This document shows, in pieces, positions 30,420 through 38,312 of a stretch of 64,000 nt of DNA. The translations under genes and the position numbers were made by a program. The notes beneath the pieces were generated by a model that was not told where the DNA came from, ran no database searches, and saw only the letters and a list, made by a program, of their open reading frames with translations. Numbering within the stretch: position 1 is the first letter of the stretch; each line of letters begins with the position of its first letter. Source of the stretch: Mucilaginibacter sp. (GTDB lineage: Bacteria; Bacteroidota; Bacteroidia; Sphingobacteriales; Sphingobacteriaceae); assembly GCA_051953515.1 (NCBI GenBank), contig JBQCIS010000114.1, forward strand, positions 2,226 through 66,225, written 5' to 3'.

Positions 30420-30489
30420 CGGACCTTTTTTAAGTAAAATGCAGAGCTATAGCATTTGAGAATATTTTTAAAATTATAAAGCTAACTAA

Positions 30490-31608
30490 ATGAGAAAGAT
30501 CGTGTTGCTTGTTGCACTTATAAGTTGCACAATGGCCTTAAAGGCACAGCGTAAATTTATTCATCCGGGCGTGCTGAATACGCAGCAGGACTTTGATCAT
30601 TTTTATGCAGTTGCGCAGGAGAAAACCGGCCAGGCCTATGATTCCTTTCTGCTACTGAGCAATAACCCGCTTTCATCGGCCAATTATAAAATGTTTGGGC
30701 CATTTAAGACCATCTCGCGCGATGGCGAATTTGCCTATACCAAATCTAAAATGGAGCAGGACTTTAGTGCGGCTTACCTGAATGCAATAATGTGGGTAAC
30801 AACAAAAAACAAGGCACATGCGCAGCGCTCCACTCATATACTGGAGGCTTATGCCGATACGCTGGAAAATATACCATCCACTAATGATGCGCCGTTACTG
30901 GCGGGTTTGGAAGGTTTTAAAATAGTGTATGCGGCAGAAGTGCTCCGCTACACTTACCCGGATATTACCCGTAAACAACTGAAAAAGATTGATAAGATGA
31001 TAACCGGCATATTTCAGCCCGTGCTGGATAAATTTTACAATACGCCACCTTATACCAATGGTAACTGGGGCGGCATTGTAACTAAAACGTATATGGCCAT
31101 GGCCATATATCTGAATAATAAAAAGATGTACAAAAAGGCGATTGATTTTTACTACAATGCCAATGATAACGGGAATATTAAGAACTATATTAGTGGCCAA
31201 ACAGGACAGCTGCAAGAAAGCGGCCGCGACCAGGGGCATAGCCAGCTGGGACTGGGGGCACTTGCTACCATCTGCCAGGAAGCGTACAAGCAGGGCGACG
31301 ATCTGTATGCTGCTTTGAATAACAGGTTGTTGCTGGGATATGAATACGTACTGTTTTATAATTTGGGTTTTGACATTGTTCTTTTTACAACATGTAAAGA
31401 CATAAGCGGCAGATATTGCAACTGGACGGTTATATCAAACAAAAGCCGCGGCAATTTTAAACCGGTTTATTATATGGTTTACCACCACTATGTAATGCGC
31501 AAGGGTTTAAAAATGCCTTATGTGAAAAAGGTTTTGGAAAAAATGGGGCCAGAGGGGTATGACCGGGATCAGCCTGGTTTTGGTAATTTCTTGTTTTCGG
31601 GTGAATAA
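30490..31608 (+). CDS. Alginate-lyase-fold (alpha/alpha-barrel polysaccharide lyase-like) secreted protein; specificity unknown
   Basis: Signal peptide, then FIHPGVLNTQQDFDHF. Motif blocks NGNWGGIVTKTYMAMAIYL and QLQESGRDQGHSQLGLG are shared with 53767..55035 and with the N-terminus of 55380..62558. The family name comes from recollection of 'alginate lyase family protein' annotations. Confidence 0.5.
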   Translation: MRKIVLLVALISCTMALKAQRKFIHPGVLNTQQDFDHFYAVAQEKTGQAYDSFLLLSNNPLSSANYKMFGPFKTISRDGEFAYTKSKMEQDFSAAYLNAIMWVTTKNKAHAQRSTHILEAYADTLENIPSTNDAPLLAGLEGFKIVYAAEVLRYTYPDITRKQLKKIDKMITGIFQPVLDKFYNTPPYTNGNWGGIVTKTYMAMAIYLNNKKMYKKAIDFYYNANDNGNIKNYISGQTGQLQESGRDQGHSQLGLGALATICQEAYKQGDDLYAALNNRLLLGYEYVLFYNLGFDIVLFTTCKDISGRYCNWTVISNKSRGNFKPVYYMVYHHYVMRKGLKMPYVKKVLEKMGPEGYDRDQPGFGNFLFSGE

Positions 31609-31611
31609 AAT

Positions 31612-32400
31612 ATGATGAAAAAAATAGTCTTTTTAGGGTGCGCAATGCTGTTTTCAATTGTCGCGGTAAATGCACAAACTGTAACACTTGATTACTATTT
31701 TAATCATGAAGTGCATAAGGATAATACTGGAAAAGAAGTAAGGTTCCATTACATGTGGGAGGATAAGGCGAATACCGGTTTCTCCATTTTTGGCGATGCC
31801 TTTAAAAGGAATGGCGCTTCATTAAACTCGCTTGATGAAGCGCCTACAATAAATAACCTTCACAAATCGGATATATATATTATCGTTGACCCCGACACAA
31901 AAAAAGAAAGTTCTGACCCGAAATATATCGAAGAAAATGATATTGAACAGATAGTGAAATGGGTAAGAGCCGGCGGAGTGTTACTAATAATGGCTAACGA
32001 TAGCGCTAATGTAGAGTTGCCTCACTTTAACCGCCTGGCGGCAAAATTCGGGATGCATTTTAATGATGATCTGCAAAACCATGTTATCGATGATAATAAT
32101 TTTGAAGATGGCGCAATAAATACGGCTCAGAATGGTGCATTTAAAACAGCACATAAAATATTTATGAAGGATGTTTGTTCTATCCGCACATGGGGCAAAG
32201 CACATCCATTTTTAACCAATAAAAATGGGGCGACTGTAATAGCTGTGGCCAAATATGGCAAGGGAACAGTAATGGCAGTAGGCGATCCGTGGCTATATAA
32301 CGAATATGTGAACGGTCGTTTGCCTGCAGGCTATGAAAATGATAAAGCAGCTAACGACATTGCAGCATGGCTCATTGGGCAGATACCCGCAGGCCGTTAA
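31612..32400 (+). CDS. Secreted hypothetical protein, DUF4350/ThuA-like (class-I glutamine-amidotransferase-like fold) suspected
   Basis: Signal peptide. DIYIIVDPD, VRAGGVLLIMANDS and GKGTVMAVGDPWLYNEY resemble flavodoxin-like DUF4350-type proteins. Only a 3-nt gap to the lyase-fold gene. Confidence 0.35.
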   Translation: MMKKIVFLGCAMLFSIVAVNAQTVTLDYYFNHEVHKDNTGKEVRFHYMWEDKANTGFSIFGDAFKRNGASLNSLDEAPTINNLHKSDIYIIVDPDTKKESSDPKYIEENDIEQIVKWVRAGGVLLIMANDSANVELPHFNRLAAKFGMHFNDDLQNHVIDDNNFEDGAINTAQNGAFKTAHKIFMKDVCSIRTWGKAHPFLTNKNGATVIAVAKYGKGTVMAVGDPWLYNEYVNGRLPAGYENDKAANDIAAWLIGQIPAGR

Positions 32401-32572
32401 TTGAAATATACAGTTGCAAAAAACCGATAATTAAACGGAATAGGCTTTGTATTTATTCGTGTTGTTTCTTTGCCTGTTTGCAGACAGCGGCGGCAAAAAA
32501 TACTCACATTGGTGGCTATGCCGATTTTGCCTGGTTTTGCGTGGTAAAAGCGGATTGAAAATCGGGGTTAAA

Positions 32573-33601
32573 TCATATCTTTAGCTTAACCGGTGTAGAA
32601 TTCCGGATGCGTAAATGTGCCGGAACCACAATTTGTTTGTACCCTGTGGCCTGGTCGCCTGAATCAATCCGCTCGAGCAACAGATCAACAAGGCATTTTG
32701 ACATTTCTGCAAGCGGCTGCTCAATTGCTGTAATAGTGGGCCTGAATAGTTTGAAAACTTCATGGTCATCAAAAGCGATCAGTCCAAAATCATCCGGAAT
32801 TGAAAAATTAAGATTGTTAATAGCTTCCAATCCTTTTAACGCGAGATAACTGGTAGCAAAAAATAAGGCGTCGATCTGCGGATTATTGCGTATGAGATCG
32901 CTTATCTGCTTCACGGCAACCTGATCTACGTTTGCATATTCAATTTTCTCTATATACGGTATTAAGTAATGTTGATCTAAAGCGGTTTTATAACCTTCTA
33001 ATCGATCATGCATTTGTGTTTGACCGGAAGTTAAGGTTACAAAAGCAATGTTCCGGTAGTTGTGCGATATCAGATAGTTTACGCCGTTGTAGGTACTTTC
33101 CCGGTTATCCATACCAACATAATCCGTTTCGATGGTCTTATAGTACCTGTCGAATAGCACTACGGGTATTTTTTCATTTTTAAGGGCAATAATATCTCGC
33201 TCCACACCTTCAGATGGCGTAATGATAAAACCATCAACGTGCCTGTCTTTAAAAATATTGATCAGCTCAATGGTTTTCGACACATCATTTTTAGTGCTGC
33301 CATAAATTATCTTATAACCCCGACTATTCGCAATTTCTTCAACATATCCGGCGATTGACGAGAAAAAGGGGTCGGCAATATTTTCTATTAGCAAGCATAT
33401 AATCTTTGTTTTCCCTGTACGGAAGCTTTTGGCCAGATGGTTAGGTTTATAGCCTGTTTCCTCAACATATTTTAAAACCTTTTTTATCAGCAGGTCGCTT
33501 ATGCCTTTTTCCTTTGCTTTTCCGTTTAATATAAAAGACACCGAAGTAATGGAAATATTTAGCTGCTCGGCAATATCTTTTATGGAAATCTTTTTATGCA
33601 T
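32573..33601 (-). CDS. LacI-family transcriptional regulator (LacI-2)
   Basis: HTH ISIKDIAEQLNISITSVSFILNG plus a sugar-binding core. Clear paralog of LacI-1. Confidence 0.9.
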   Translation of the reverse strand: MHKKISIKDIAEQLNISITSVSFILNGKAKEKGISDLLIKKVLKYVEETGYKPNHLAKSFRTGKTKIICLLIENIADPFFSSIAGYVEEIANSRGYKIIYGSTKNDVSKTIELINIFKDRHVDGFIITPSEGVERDIIALKNEKIPVVLFDRYYKTIETDYVGMDNRESTYNGVNYLISHNYRNIAFVTLTSGQTQMHDRLEGYKTALDQHYLIPYIEKIEYANVDQVAVKQISDLIRNNPQIDALFFATSYLALKGLEAINNLNFSIPDDFGLIAFDDHEVFKLFRPTITAIEQPLAEMSKCLVDLLLERIDSGDQATGYKQIVVPAHLRIRNSTPVKLKI

Positions 33602-33762
33602 AAGAGGGGGTAGGGTATAAGACGCTATTTATTTTTGTGGCTTAGGAAAGTCAGGTTCAAAATTAAATTATATAAATAAATTAATGAATATACCTTTTAA
33701 AAAGCCGGTACATTAATGATTATTGTTTGATTGAGGGCTATTTGTTAATTCCATTTGTCTGG

Positions 33763-35391
33763 TTATTTCTTCCTTATGCAAAATGCCTGTTCAATAGGCT
33801 CTGCTGATTGATACAAAGGCGCTATTGTACGGCCCCATTGATAGGCGACTACTGATACTTTTACCGGAAATTTGCTTTTGGGTGGAATTTTGGTGAAATG
33901 CAATCGGTTATGATCAATATACGCCGGCCCCGCTTTTACATAATAATCAACCGGTAGGCCCGACGTTGACGTTGCATTTAATTGAATAGATTTTGTTCCG
34001 GCTTTTACAACGTCAATTTGGGTAAACGTTATCGATTGCGTTGAGCCGCTTGTTAGTTTAGCCGGTATATTGATCATGCCTGGTTGTACAGCATACCTGT
34101 ACACTTTATTACCGGCTTTTGACTCCAATATAAATATTTGCCCGCCCATTCCCCAGCGATCAAACTGTAAACGGAACGTTTTCGCGCCGGTTTGAACAGC
34201 CGGACCGTTGACTACTTTGAATTTAACCGGTCCGGGAGCATGACCCAGTTTTTCCCCCGCACCAATAAGCTCATTAGGGACCATGGATAAGAAACCGCCC
34301 TCCACATCAAACGTAACCCCATCAGGATGAGACTCAAACTTCAAAGGCGCATATCCGATCCTGGTAACGTTTAAGAGCTTGCCATCCTGTATGAAAGTTG
34401 GCATTTGTTTTCTCCTGGCAACTCTGTCGCCTTCAAATTTTACTGCCGCCATTGCCGTTTCTTTATCGAAAAACCAATAACCGTCAGCCGCAGATCCTTT
34501 GAAATTATTGTAAAGGGCGGGTGGATGCTCATCTTTTTTCATTCCCCCGCTACCCGTAAGCCATCCCGATTCTTTATTGATACGGCGCAATTGGGCTTGA
34601 CCGGATTTGGGCAGCCGGTACTCGCACGCTTTGCGGATATAGAGCGCAACAAACTTTGCCATGTTAGCTGTCCAGTCGAAATGGCCGCCGCCTGGGTCTG
34701 TTACCACCCCGATAAGATTGTCGGCACTTTTGGTACGCAAGGCTAATGCTGTTTTACGCACAACCGGCCAGTAAAAGTCACGGTCGCCCGGTTGGGTGGC
34801 CACATCCCGTGATCGGTACTGCGGCCATTCGGTAGTCTGCCCAACCACATAGCATACCGGAATGTCCTTAAAATTCAGGCTGTCGGGCAGCGGGATCGTT
34901 TTGATGGGAATAGCTGCAATTGTTCGCTGTGGCAACGCATTGGCAAATGTCCAGGCGAAATGCCCGTTTGCCGAATGGCCCATCGGAATAACCGGTGCAT
35001 TTTTCAATTCGGCATATCCCGATACTTCTGCCAGGCTATCCATCATATTTTGAAAAACCATTTCCATGCCGGGGCGCATATCGGCAGTTAAGCGTTTATC
35101 TCCTTTCGCCCCCGGACCCACCCATATTATTCCAAGACCAACGTCCGCTGCGGTTTTGCGGATCAGCGGATCTTCCAGCCATTGGCGTTCTGTTAAGTTA
35201 GCGAGTGAAATAATTACGCCTCTTATATGTGCGCATTCAGGTGGTATCCACAAATAAGCGTCGCGACTGCCAACTTTTACGCTGTATTGATATATGTGAT
35301 CTTTGAGATTATTCTGTGCCTCAACTTGAAGGTTTAAGAAAGACAAAAATGCAATGCAGTATAAAAAATAGCGTACTATTCTTTTGAACAT
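33763..35391 (-). CDS. Secreted protein of unknown function: possible alpha/beta-hydrolase-like N-terminal half + Ig-like C-terminal module
   Basis: The first ATG is at 35391 (MFKRIV...); the track start at 35400 is TTG. Signal peptide ending VEAQ. MGHSANGHFAW and DPGGGHFDW are candidate hydrolase motifs. The C-terminal module QSITFTQIDV...NATSTSGLPVDYYV resembles the Ig-like repeats at 60561-61306. Confidence 0.45.
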   Translation of the reverse strand: MFKRIVRYFLYCIAFLSFLNLQVEAQNNLKDHIYQYSVKVGSRDAYLWIPPECAHIRGVIISLANLTERQWLEDPLIRKTAADVGLGIIWVGPGAKGDKRLTADMRPGMEMVFQNMMDSLAEVSGYAELKNAPVIPMGHSANGHFAWTFANALPQRTIAAIPIKTIPLPDSLNFKDIPVCYVVGQTTEWPQYRSRDVATQPGDRDFYWPVVRKTALALRTKSADNLIGVVTDPGGGHFDWTANMAKFVALYIRKACEYRLPKSGQAQLRRINKESGWLTGSGGMKKDEHPPALYNNFKGSAADGYWFFDKETAMAAVKFEGDRVARRKQMPTFIQDGKLLNVTRIGYAPLKFESHPDGVTFDVEGGFLSMVPNELIGAGEKLGHAPGPVKFKVVNGPAVQTGAKTFRLQFDRWGMGGQIFILESKAGNKVYRYAVQPGMINIPAKLTSGSTQSITFTQIDVVKAGTKSIQLNATSTSGLPVDYYVKAGPAYIDHNRLHFTKIPPKSKFPVKVSVVAYQWGRTIAPLYQSAEPIEQAFCIRKK

Positions 35392-35419
35392 AACTATCAA
35401 TGGCTGTTATTTCATATAT

Positions 35420-35446
35420 GACAACGAAAGTTAAATATTATACTCT
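35420..35446 (-). promoter_or_regulatory. Variant of the ECF-type promoter-like motif (AGAGTAT-N16-TGTC) upstream of the 542-aa unknown
   Basis: The minus strand reads attgAGAGTATaatatttaactttcgtTGTCatata, with the exact 16-nt spacer. TGTC ends 29 nt before the ATG at 35391. Confidence 0.35.
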
Positions 35447-35477
35447 CAATATTAGGTTTATGGGATGTTAGCCATAA

Positions 35478-36527
35478 TCAATATTTATTGTTGCTGCCCG
35501 GTGGCATACTTGATGCTCTGATAAACATTTGTGTCGGGACTATAATTGTATTGTATTCAATAGCTTTTTGTGGTGATTCTATCAGGCTGATGAGTAGTTC
35601 TATGGCTGTTTTTCCAATCTCAAATCCTGGCTGAACGATAGCGCTTAACGACGGATTTAAAACATCCGCCAGTTTACTATTGGTAAAGCCGATAAGTGCA
35701 ATATCTTCGGGTATACGCATACCTGCCTGATTTAATAATGCAAGACTTTGTGTGGTGATCCTGTCAGATGCTGTTATGATAGCATCTGGCGGTGGTTTTA
35801 ACGCAAGCAATTCATTAATGGCTGCTGCAGTTTCTGCAATATCCTTACCTCCGTGCCGGCAATATTTTATATAGTCCTCGTTTAGCTGTAACTGATTGTC
35901 TTTTAACGCAGCAGCATATCCGGCCAGCCGCTCATTGGTAATAGATAAGCTTTTTGAGCTGGTAATGTGTGCTATTCTCCGATATCCTGCCTCAATAAGA
36001 TGCTGTGTGCCGTCATACGCGCCTTTGAAATTATCTGTGATTACTTTGTGCGTATTTATTTCTTTAGCAATACGGTCAAAAAATACAATTGGCAACCCTT
36101 TTTCCTGTAAGGTTTTAAGGTGATGCAGATCACTTGTTTCTGAAGAAAGAGATATCAGGATCCCGTCGATATACCTGTCGCTAAAGTGGTTCACCTTGCG
36201 GACTTCTTTTTCATAAGATTCGTGGGTTTGGGTTATGCTAATATTATAACCTCTTTCTTCAGCAACAGATTCTATCCCGTCAATTACTTGCGAAAAAAAA
36301 TTGTTATCGATGGTTGATATAACAATGCCGATTGATTTGGTATATCCCTGTTTCAGGCTCTTTGCCAGTATATTGGGCTTAAAGTTTCTTTGGGCCGCAT
36401 GTGCCCTTACCATTTTTTTGGTTTTCTCGCTGATCTCGTAACTGTCGTTCAGCGCTTTTGAAACCGTGGATTTTGAAAGCCCGAGTTCAAGTGCTATATC
36501 ATTAATGGTTACAGTATTAAGCTTCAT
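35478..36527 (-). CDS. LacI-family transcriptional regulator (LacI-3)
   Basis: ATG at 36527 (MKLNTVTINDIALELGLSKSTVSKALN); the track start at 36539 is TTG. HTH plus sugar-binding core. Confidence 0.9.
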   Translation of the reverse strand: MKLNTVTINDIALELGLSKSTVSKALNDSYEISEKTKKMVRAHAAQRNFKPNILAKSLKQGYTKSIGIVISTIDNNFFSQVIDGIESVAEERGYNISITQTHESYEKEVRKVNHFSDRYIDGILISLSSETSDLHHLKTLQEKGLPIVFFDRIAKEINTHKVITDNFKGAYDGTQHLIEAGYRRIAHITSSKSLSITNERLAGYAAALKDNQLQLNEDYIKYCRHGGKDIAETAAAINELLALKPPPDAIITASDRITTQSLALLNQAGMRIPEDIALIGFTNSKLADVLNPSLSAIVQPGFEIGKTAIELLISLIESPQKAIEYNTIIVPTQMFIRASSMPPGSNNKY

Positions 36528-36627
36528 GGAGGATAGCAATACAGATTATCTAAAAAGGACCTCATCAGAATGAACCCCAAAAACCAATTTGATTTAACAA
36601 ACGATCCGATATGGATTATGTACTTAA

Positions 36628-36654
36628 GACGAAAAACCAGTTAATTTATACTCA
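36628..36654 (-). promoter_or_regulatory. ECF-sigma-type promoter-like motif TGAGTAT-N16-CGTC directed at LacI-3
   Basis: The minus strand reads taatacTGAGTATaaattaactggtttttCGTCttaagta. Exact match, about 100 nt upstream of the ATG at 36527. Confidence 0.55.
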
Positions 36655-36780
36655 GTATTAAATAAAAAATTAAATAAAGTCTTATTTCATTTAGTGTAAT
36701 TTGAACACTTAAAGTAAGGTTTGCTATTATATTGTTATCAGGCAAGCAGCGAAACCGGTTTAGTAAATTTTTTTGTAAGA

Positions 36781-36815
36781 AATAATCTAAATCGTTTTAG
36801 ATTATTTTACATTTG
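36781..36815 (+). promoter_or_regulatory. 26-bp palindrome (LacI-type operator candidate) abutting a TAnnTTTG -7 box
   Basis: AATAATCTAAA-TCGT-TTTAGATTATT (36781-36806) has perfect 11-bp arms and is centred on CG. It is followed immediately by TACATTTG (36808-36815), the Bacteroidota housekeeping -7 consensus, about 125 nt upstream of the ATG at 36940. Confidence 0.4.
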
Positions 36816-36939
36816 GTTCATATCCCGCAATAATTAAGAGAGATAACCAATTATAATCAGCAATTTAAGTTCTGATTTTTGTATTTGCACGGGGGTTATT
36901 TGGATTATAAGTGTCAAAGTTGCAATAAAAATTTAAAAT

Positions 36940-37392
36940 ATGAATGCCGCACAAAAATTAACTTCCAATTATGCTAATATCTCAACTCACCGGAACGCTT
37001 TAGGGCTTCAACCGGTTGATAATAATAAATTGGAGATGCTTTTGGCGGATACAGTACGTGAGCGGCTGGACATTTTTGAACAGGTGCATACAATACTTTA
37101 CCCATTGATCTTCACCTATGCAAGTCTTTTTCCGGTCGATAGAAGAAAAATAGACCAGATGTTGGTTGATGTGTTTTTTTGCTGTTGGAAAAACCAGCAG
37201 TTCACTTCATGCAGGGAATTGAAAATTGGAATACTAAAAAATCTGCGAAATAAAATTACAGTTGCCTTGAGTATTGAAGGGAAACAAAACGAGTTGCTCA
37301 TACCACAACTTTTAGAAAATGAGTACCTGAAGCGCTTTATGCGCTTGACAGATGACGACATTGCCGAGGTAAACTGCAAATATTCAGCCTGA
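36940..37392 (+). CDS. Hypothetical 150-aa protein, possibly a degenerate/truncated sigma-70-family (region 2 + start of region 4) paralog
   Basis: LYPLIFTYASLFPVDRRKIDQMLVDVFFCCW aligns without gaps to LYSSLYHYLLKMVKEEETADDIVQDVFVKLW of the sigma at 37638 (8/31 identical, including DVF..W). The C-terminus RLTDDDIAEVN resembles the start of a region-4 HTH but then stops. Confidence 0.4.
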   Translation: MNAAQKLTSNYANISTHRNALGLQPVDNNKLEMLLADTVRERLDIFEQVHTILYPLIFTYASLFPVDRRKIDQMLVDVFFCCWKNQQFTSCRELKIGILKNLRNKITVALSIEGKQNELLIPQLLENEYLKRFMRLTDDDIAEVNCKYSA

Positions 37393-37430
37393 AATGAGTA
37401 TCAAAAAGTGATAAGTCTGTCTTTCTGAAT

Positions 37431-37625
37431 ATGAAAGACATAACGCCGAATAACGACGAAGACGAAGTATTACTGCCATTTTGGTTATCAAAGCAGCCAA
37501 TTGATGAGAAGCAGATACAAGAGCATTGGCTTCGGGTCAAAGAAAAGATTACTGTTGAATTATCTGAAAATAATACGGATACATCTGAAAACAACACGGA
37601 TATATCTGAACATGAACGTAATTAA
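37431..37625 (+). CDS. Small acidic 64-aa ORF with a heptapeptide tandem repeat (SENNTDT/SENNTDI), function unknown
   Basis: ATG start; ends 12 nt before the sigma GTG. No TM segment. Coding status is uncertain. Confidence 0.3.
   Translation: MKDITPNNDEDEVLLPFWLSKQPIDEKQIQEHWLRVKEKITVELSENNTDTSENNTDISEHERN
37562..37613 (+). repeat. 21-bp tandem repeat, about 2.4 copies
   Basis: ATCTGAAAATAATACGGATAC / ATCTGAAAACAACACGGATAT / ATCTGAACAT. The repeat is in frame within the 64-aa ORF. Confidence 0.9.
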
Positions 37626-37637
37626 AGCGGATTTTAA

Positions 37638-38210
37638 GTGAAGGTAACTACAAATCAATCGGAGCTGTGGGTTCAGGCCGCCACTGGTAGCCAGGATGCA
37701 TACGCGTTACTTCATAAAAGCCTGTATTCTTCCCTATACCATTATTTGCTTAAAATGGTTAAAGAAGAAGAAACGGCTGATGATATTGTGCAGGATGTTT
37801 TTGTTAAGCTTTGGACAAAAAAAGATCAGATAGGATATATTAAAAATGTAAAAGCCTATTTTTTTACAGTTGCACGGTCAATGGCAATCAATCATTTCAG
37901 ACAACAAAAAATTCAAACGGAAAGACTTGAGCAGATTCATGAAATTGAAATAGAATTCAATCAGGAAGAGGTTATTGTAGCAACAGAAGCCAACACAGAA
38001 CTAAAACAGGCTGTGGCCACTGCATTGAATAACCTTCCGGCAAGGCAGCGCGAGATATTGTACCTGAAGTTTTATGAAGATATGGATTATTACAAGATTG
38101 TTGAAGTTACCGGCATCAGGTACCAGTCTGTAGTTAACCATGTTTTTCGCGCAATTCAAACGTTGCGGGCTGCCGTGAAGCAAAAGGAGTTACTCCTGCG
38201 ATCAGCCTGA
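37638..38210 (+). CDS. ECF-type (group 4) RNA polymerase sigma-70 factor, no adjacent anti-sigma (sigma-1)
   Basis: GTG start. Region 2 DDIVQDVFVKLW...YFFTVARSMAINHFR and region 4 LPARQREILYLKFYEDMDYYKIVEVTGIRYQSVVNHVFRA. Paralog of 46797..47411, sharing the 9-mer RYQSVVNHV. Confidence 0.85.
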   Translation: MKVTTNQSELWVQAATGSQDAYALLHKSLYSSLYHYLLKMVKEEETADDIVQDVFVKLWTKKDQIGYIKNVKAYFFTVARSMAINHFRQQKIQTERLEQIHEIEIEFNQEEVIVATEANTELKQAVATALNNLPARQREILYLKFYEDMDYYKIVEVTGIRYQSVVNHVFRAIQTLRAAVKQKELLLRSA

Positions 38211-38312
38211 ACAAATTCTTGTTAATTAACCGATATTAAACATAGTTTTAGGAATCAATTACTGGCTTTTTAACCTGAGGCCGATTGTACATTAAATAAC
38301 GCCATAATAAAG

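Noticed and set aside
30490-31608. Naming the three lyase-fold proteins as bona fide alginate lyases
   Set aside because: Only fold-level or family-name resemblance can be judged by eye. The GH88 and GH28-like context argues against alginate, so the call is kept generic.
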